This document shows positions 61,126 to 64,000 of a stretch of 64,000 nt of DNA, piece by piece. The position numbers were made by a program, and so were the translations under genes. Position 1 is the first letter of the stretch; every line of letters begins with the position of its first letter. Below the pieces are notes generated by a model. That model was not told the DNA's origin, did no database searches, and worked only from the letters and a program-made list of their open reading frames with translations. Source of the stretch: Hydrolagus colliei (lineage: Eukaryota); assembly GCA_035084275.1 (NCBI GenBank), contig CM068757.1, positions 5,332,001-5,396,000 on the forward strand, read 5' to 3'.

Positions 61126-64000
61126 AACATAAAGATTTTATATCAAATGAAAGAATCATCGATAGTTGGTGGTAGTATTTAGGAACAAGTCATTTGTTTA
61201 AAATTCATTGGTAGCATTAAGGAGAAATTCCATTATCCATCCACATTTAGAATTTAGAATTTCTTACCCCCGTTGTACAAGTCCGCTTGTAATCTATGAA
61301 TGTCACGAGGGCAGGATGATCAAAAATGTGAGCAAGTTCCTCTTTCTCTTTCTCTTCTCACTATCTGGCCAGGTTCCAGGTTTGATTTCTAGAATTAACT
61401 GATGGCAACTGGGAGATCATTCGATCAATACAACTGTCCTGAGCACCATTTGCGTGCAGAATTGCAGGAAGCCAAATTCCAGATTAAGACTGAAATTCTG
61501 AATTTTCCACAGTTTCTAAGGCTAAGCGGAATTGCAGGCCTTGAAAGAGGAAATGAGGTTAGAATCAGCTTTTCAGCCATTACTTTTTCTTCAGAGAGAA
61601 GCTGTGGGAGAAAAGTGAGCCGGGCTATGGAGCAGAACAGAAGGTACTTAGAGGATAGAAAAGAGAGTAGGATGCAAATGAAGCAATGAGTGAAATGGAT
61701 TGAATAATGAAATACTTAAGGGGATAAAAAGACTGAGGAGGTAACAATGAGTATAAAGCAGATGGAGGAGGTGGCAATGAGTATAAAGGGAGAAGAGATT
61801 ACATACAGTGGGGAAATGAACAATTATAGGAATCACGAGTCATAACCTTGCTATCCTACAATGGTTCTTTTCCAGAATTATGTGAAGAACAAATGCTCAC
61901 GTTTAATGTTTTACCTTAACCGAAGTGAAGGTGCAGACATTTCCATTTACCCACGTGGATGACATGGAATGAGCAGTTCAGTTCCATGGCAACTCGATAT
62001 ATTAGGATGTACGTGGAAGCAGAATCAGAATATCCCACAGATGGTTGTATTTATTTACCACATGGTTGTCAGTTAGACATTACTTCCAAGTTCATTGATG
62101 TATTGAAATCTCCCATCTCAAACCTCAGTTATTTTGCTAATTACGATGTCATTCTTTTTTCAGAGAACAAAAACTCACCATGGCTTTCTGAATGAGAACA
62201 TTCATTGACATCAGGCCGGCTCAGTTGATAGCAAGCTGGTTCAAGTATCAAACATTAAAAATAACTTAATAATGTCAGGACTTTGAACTCACATAGTTTA
62301 AAGTGACACACCAATGCAGTGCCGGAGGGGGGGTGGCGGAATCACTTTCTTTTAATCTGAATGCTTTAACTTCCTACTGTTTGAAGTCACAATCGTGAGG
62401 GAAATCTTTCAGCATGACATTATTGTACACTCAATCCTTCCCTCCCCTTATTCACGGCACATCTCAAAACTTAGCTCTTTGGATGTGATGTCCCATTTCC
62501 CTTCCCCACCCACTTCGGCTCCCAACCCCAGCCCTGGTGCGTACCTCGCCCAGTTGTCAAATGCTTTGAGAAGTCCTCTGAATACGAAAGGTGCTGTATA
62601 ATTGTTTGCGTATTGTACTGTTGACTTTTCTTTTGATATCCAATGGGGCTCCCATTACCATGTGCATCAGGTTAGGCACACACCCTGTTCCTCAAAGGCA
62701 GCCTGGCTCTATGGCTGGTGGGAATGAGCGTGATGGATCTCTTTGTGGTAAAATCCAGACACTCATGATGTTGGATGATGCTGTAGCACATATTTAATGA
62801 AGGACAACATGAAGCACACTTAGAAATATTCAGTCTGTGCATTAATTCATCCACTGAATGTGCTGAGTATTTGGCCAAATACGTTTCGAATCTGAGTAAG
62901 ACGAATTGACAAAGTAATCTCTGCAATTAATTGGTTTTGAATGTATTACTGGCTGTAAAATATATATATATATTTTAATCCTTCTGGATATCTATTAATT
63001 TAACCTCTGCAAATCATTTCATGCAATGATTTTAAATGGACCTTTTTTTTTCCAAGTGAGGCAGGTTTCTCTTTGAATCTAATGCATCTGAATGCCCTAG
63101 ACCAACTTAATTAAATGCGTTGTCTCAATTTGACAATATTGTGAGACTTTAATTTGTTTATCAACATCATAGATTACAATCGTGTAGTCAGCAAGACCAT
63201 AACTCTATCTTCACTTGCATTGAGCAATTAAACATTTTAATAAAATACAGTTCAACAAAAAAAATTACAAAAGGTTTTATTAAAGGAGGAAAATGGGGTG
63301 AAATTCTAAGTGAGTTTAAATTTACTATATTTATGAAGCATTTTACAGGGACCAGAATTTTACAGATTGTTGCTTTCAGGCTTAACTTTGAAGATGTTTT
63401 GCTATAGCTTCTAAAAAAAACTTTAGGAAACAAAGACATCAAAATCAAGGCTTAGCCCACAACAAATAGATTCATTGAAAGCATTAAGTTAAAAGAACAT
63501 CATAGTTACTGTATCATGAATTATTAATGATCCTTGATTTTATACCTTGGAGTTCTTATGTGCCAGGCCATATATTAGCACTAACCTATAGCTTAAGGCA
63601 CAATCTACAAGACATCATAAGAATATAGTCCAGAAAAGCAATTGTAACAGAATTTTGATGCAGCCAGCTGTTCTCTTATCAGACTCCTCACTGACATCTG
63701 GTTGCTAAGGTGTGTTGAGGTGAACTCTGTTGGTTCTGTCAGAAAAGCTGATTGCGAAATGCAGTTTTGTGAGTTTGAGTGATTAATGAAATAGCTTTCA
63801 ATTGAGCATAACATTCCTTCAATGTGATCAATGAGGTGGATGTAAAGCTGTGCGCAGATTCATCCAGGTTGTCTGATCTGATGAGGGGGTTTGGTCAGCC
63901 CATGAAATCATTGAAACGCTTTTGATTGCGGGGACGTGCAAGGTCTCTGAAGCAAAAGAAAAGCCAATGTGCCGCAGTCTCTAAACTCCCTGGAGCGCTC

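Noticed and set aside
428-63814. Numerous 60-143 aa ORFs in the six-frame track
   Set aside because: No recognisable domains. Many start at non-ATG codons or overlap SINE/LINE fragments, and their lengths fit chance.
1-64000. CRISPR-like or regularly spaced repeat arrays, operon-like systems
   Set aside because: The recurrent ~35-nt hairpin motifs are irregularly spaced retroelement tails in both orientations. The sequence is eukaryotic with no associated genes.

Overview
Vertebrate genomic DNA, AT-rich and repeat-dense. The SINE/LINE content suggests a cartilaginous fish, probably a chimaera such as Callorhinchus; this is inferred, not database-checked. The only convincing protein-coding region is the intronless 640-aa coding exon of LRRC4C (netrin-G1 ligand, NGL-1) at 36860-38782 (+). 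It has a splice acceptor about 45-50 nt upstream and a 3' UTR with a candidate AATAAA at 39359. Sequence upstream is most likely 5'-UTR intron, and sequence downstream looks intergenic. Both carry many copies of a young tRNA-headed SINE, older Deu-domain SINEs, L2 and CR1 LINE fragments and small Tc1/mariner-type remnants. The most unusual observations: (1) a near full-length U6 snRNA retrocopy fused to an L2 3' fragment, arranged with an inverted L2 tail as twin-priming would predict (16168-16420); (2) two local ~90-106 bp inverted duplications of unique-looking sequence; (3) an out-of-frame upstream ATG overlapping the LRRC4C start in a better Kozak context; (4) a 3' stem-loop shared by the SINE and L2, at whose base several copies are truncated. 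I found no evidence of a novel multi-gene system. All alignments were done by eye, repeat family names come from recalled consensus sequences, and repeat boundaries are approximate.
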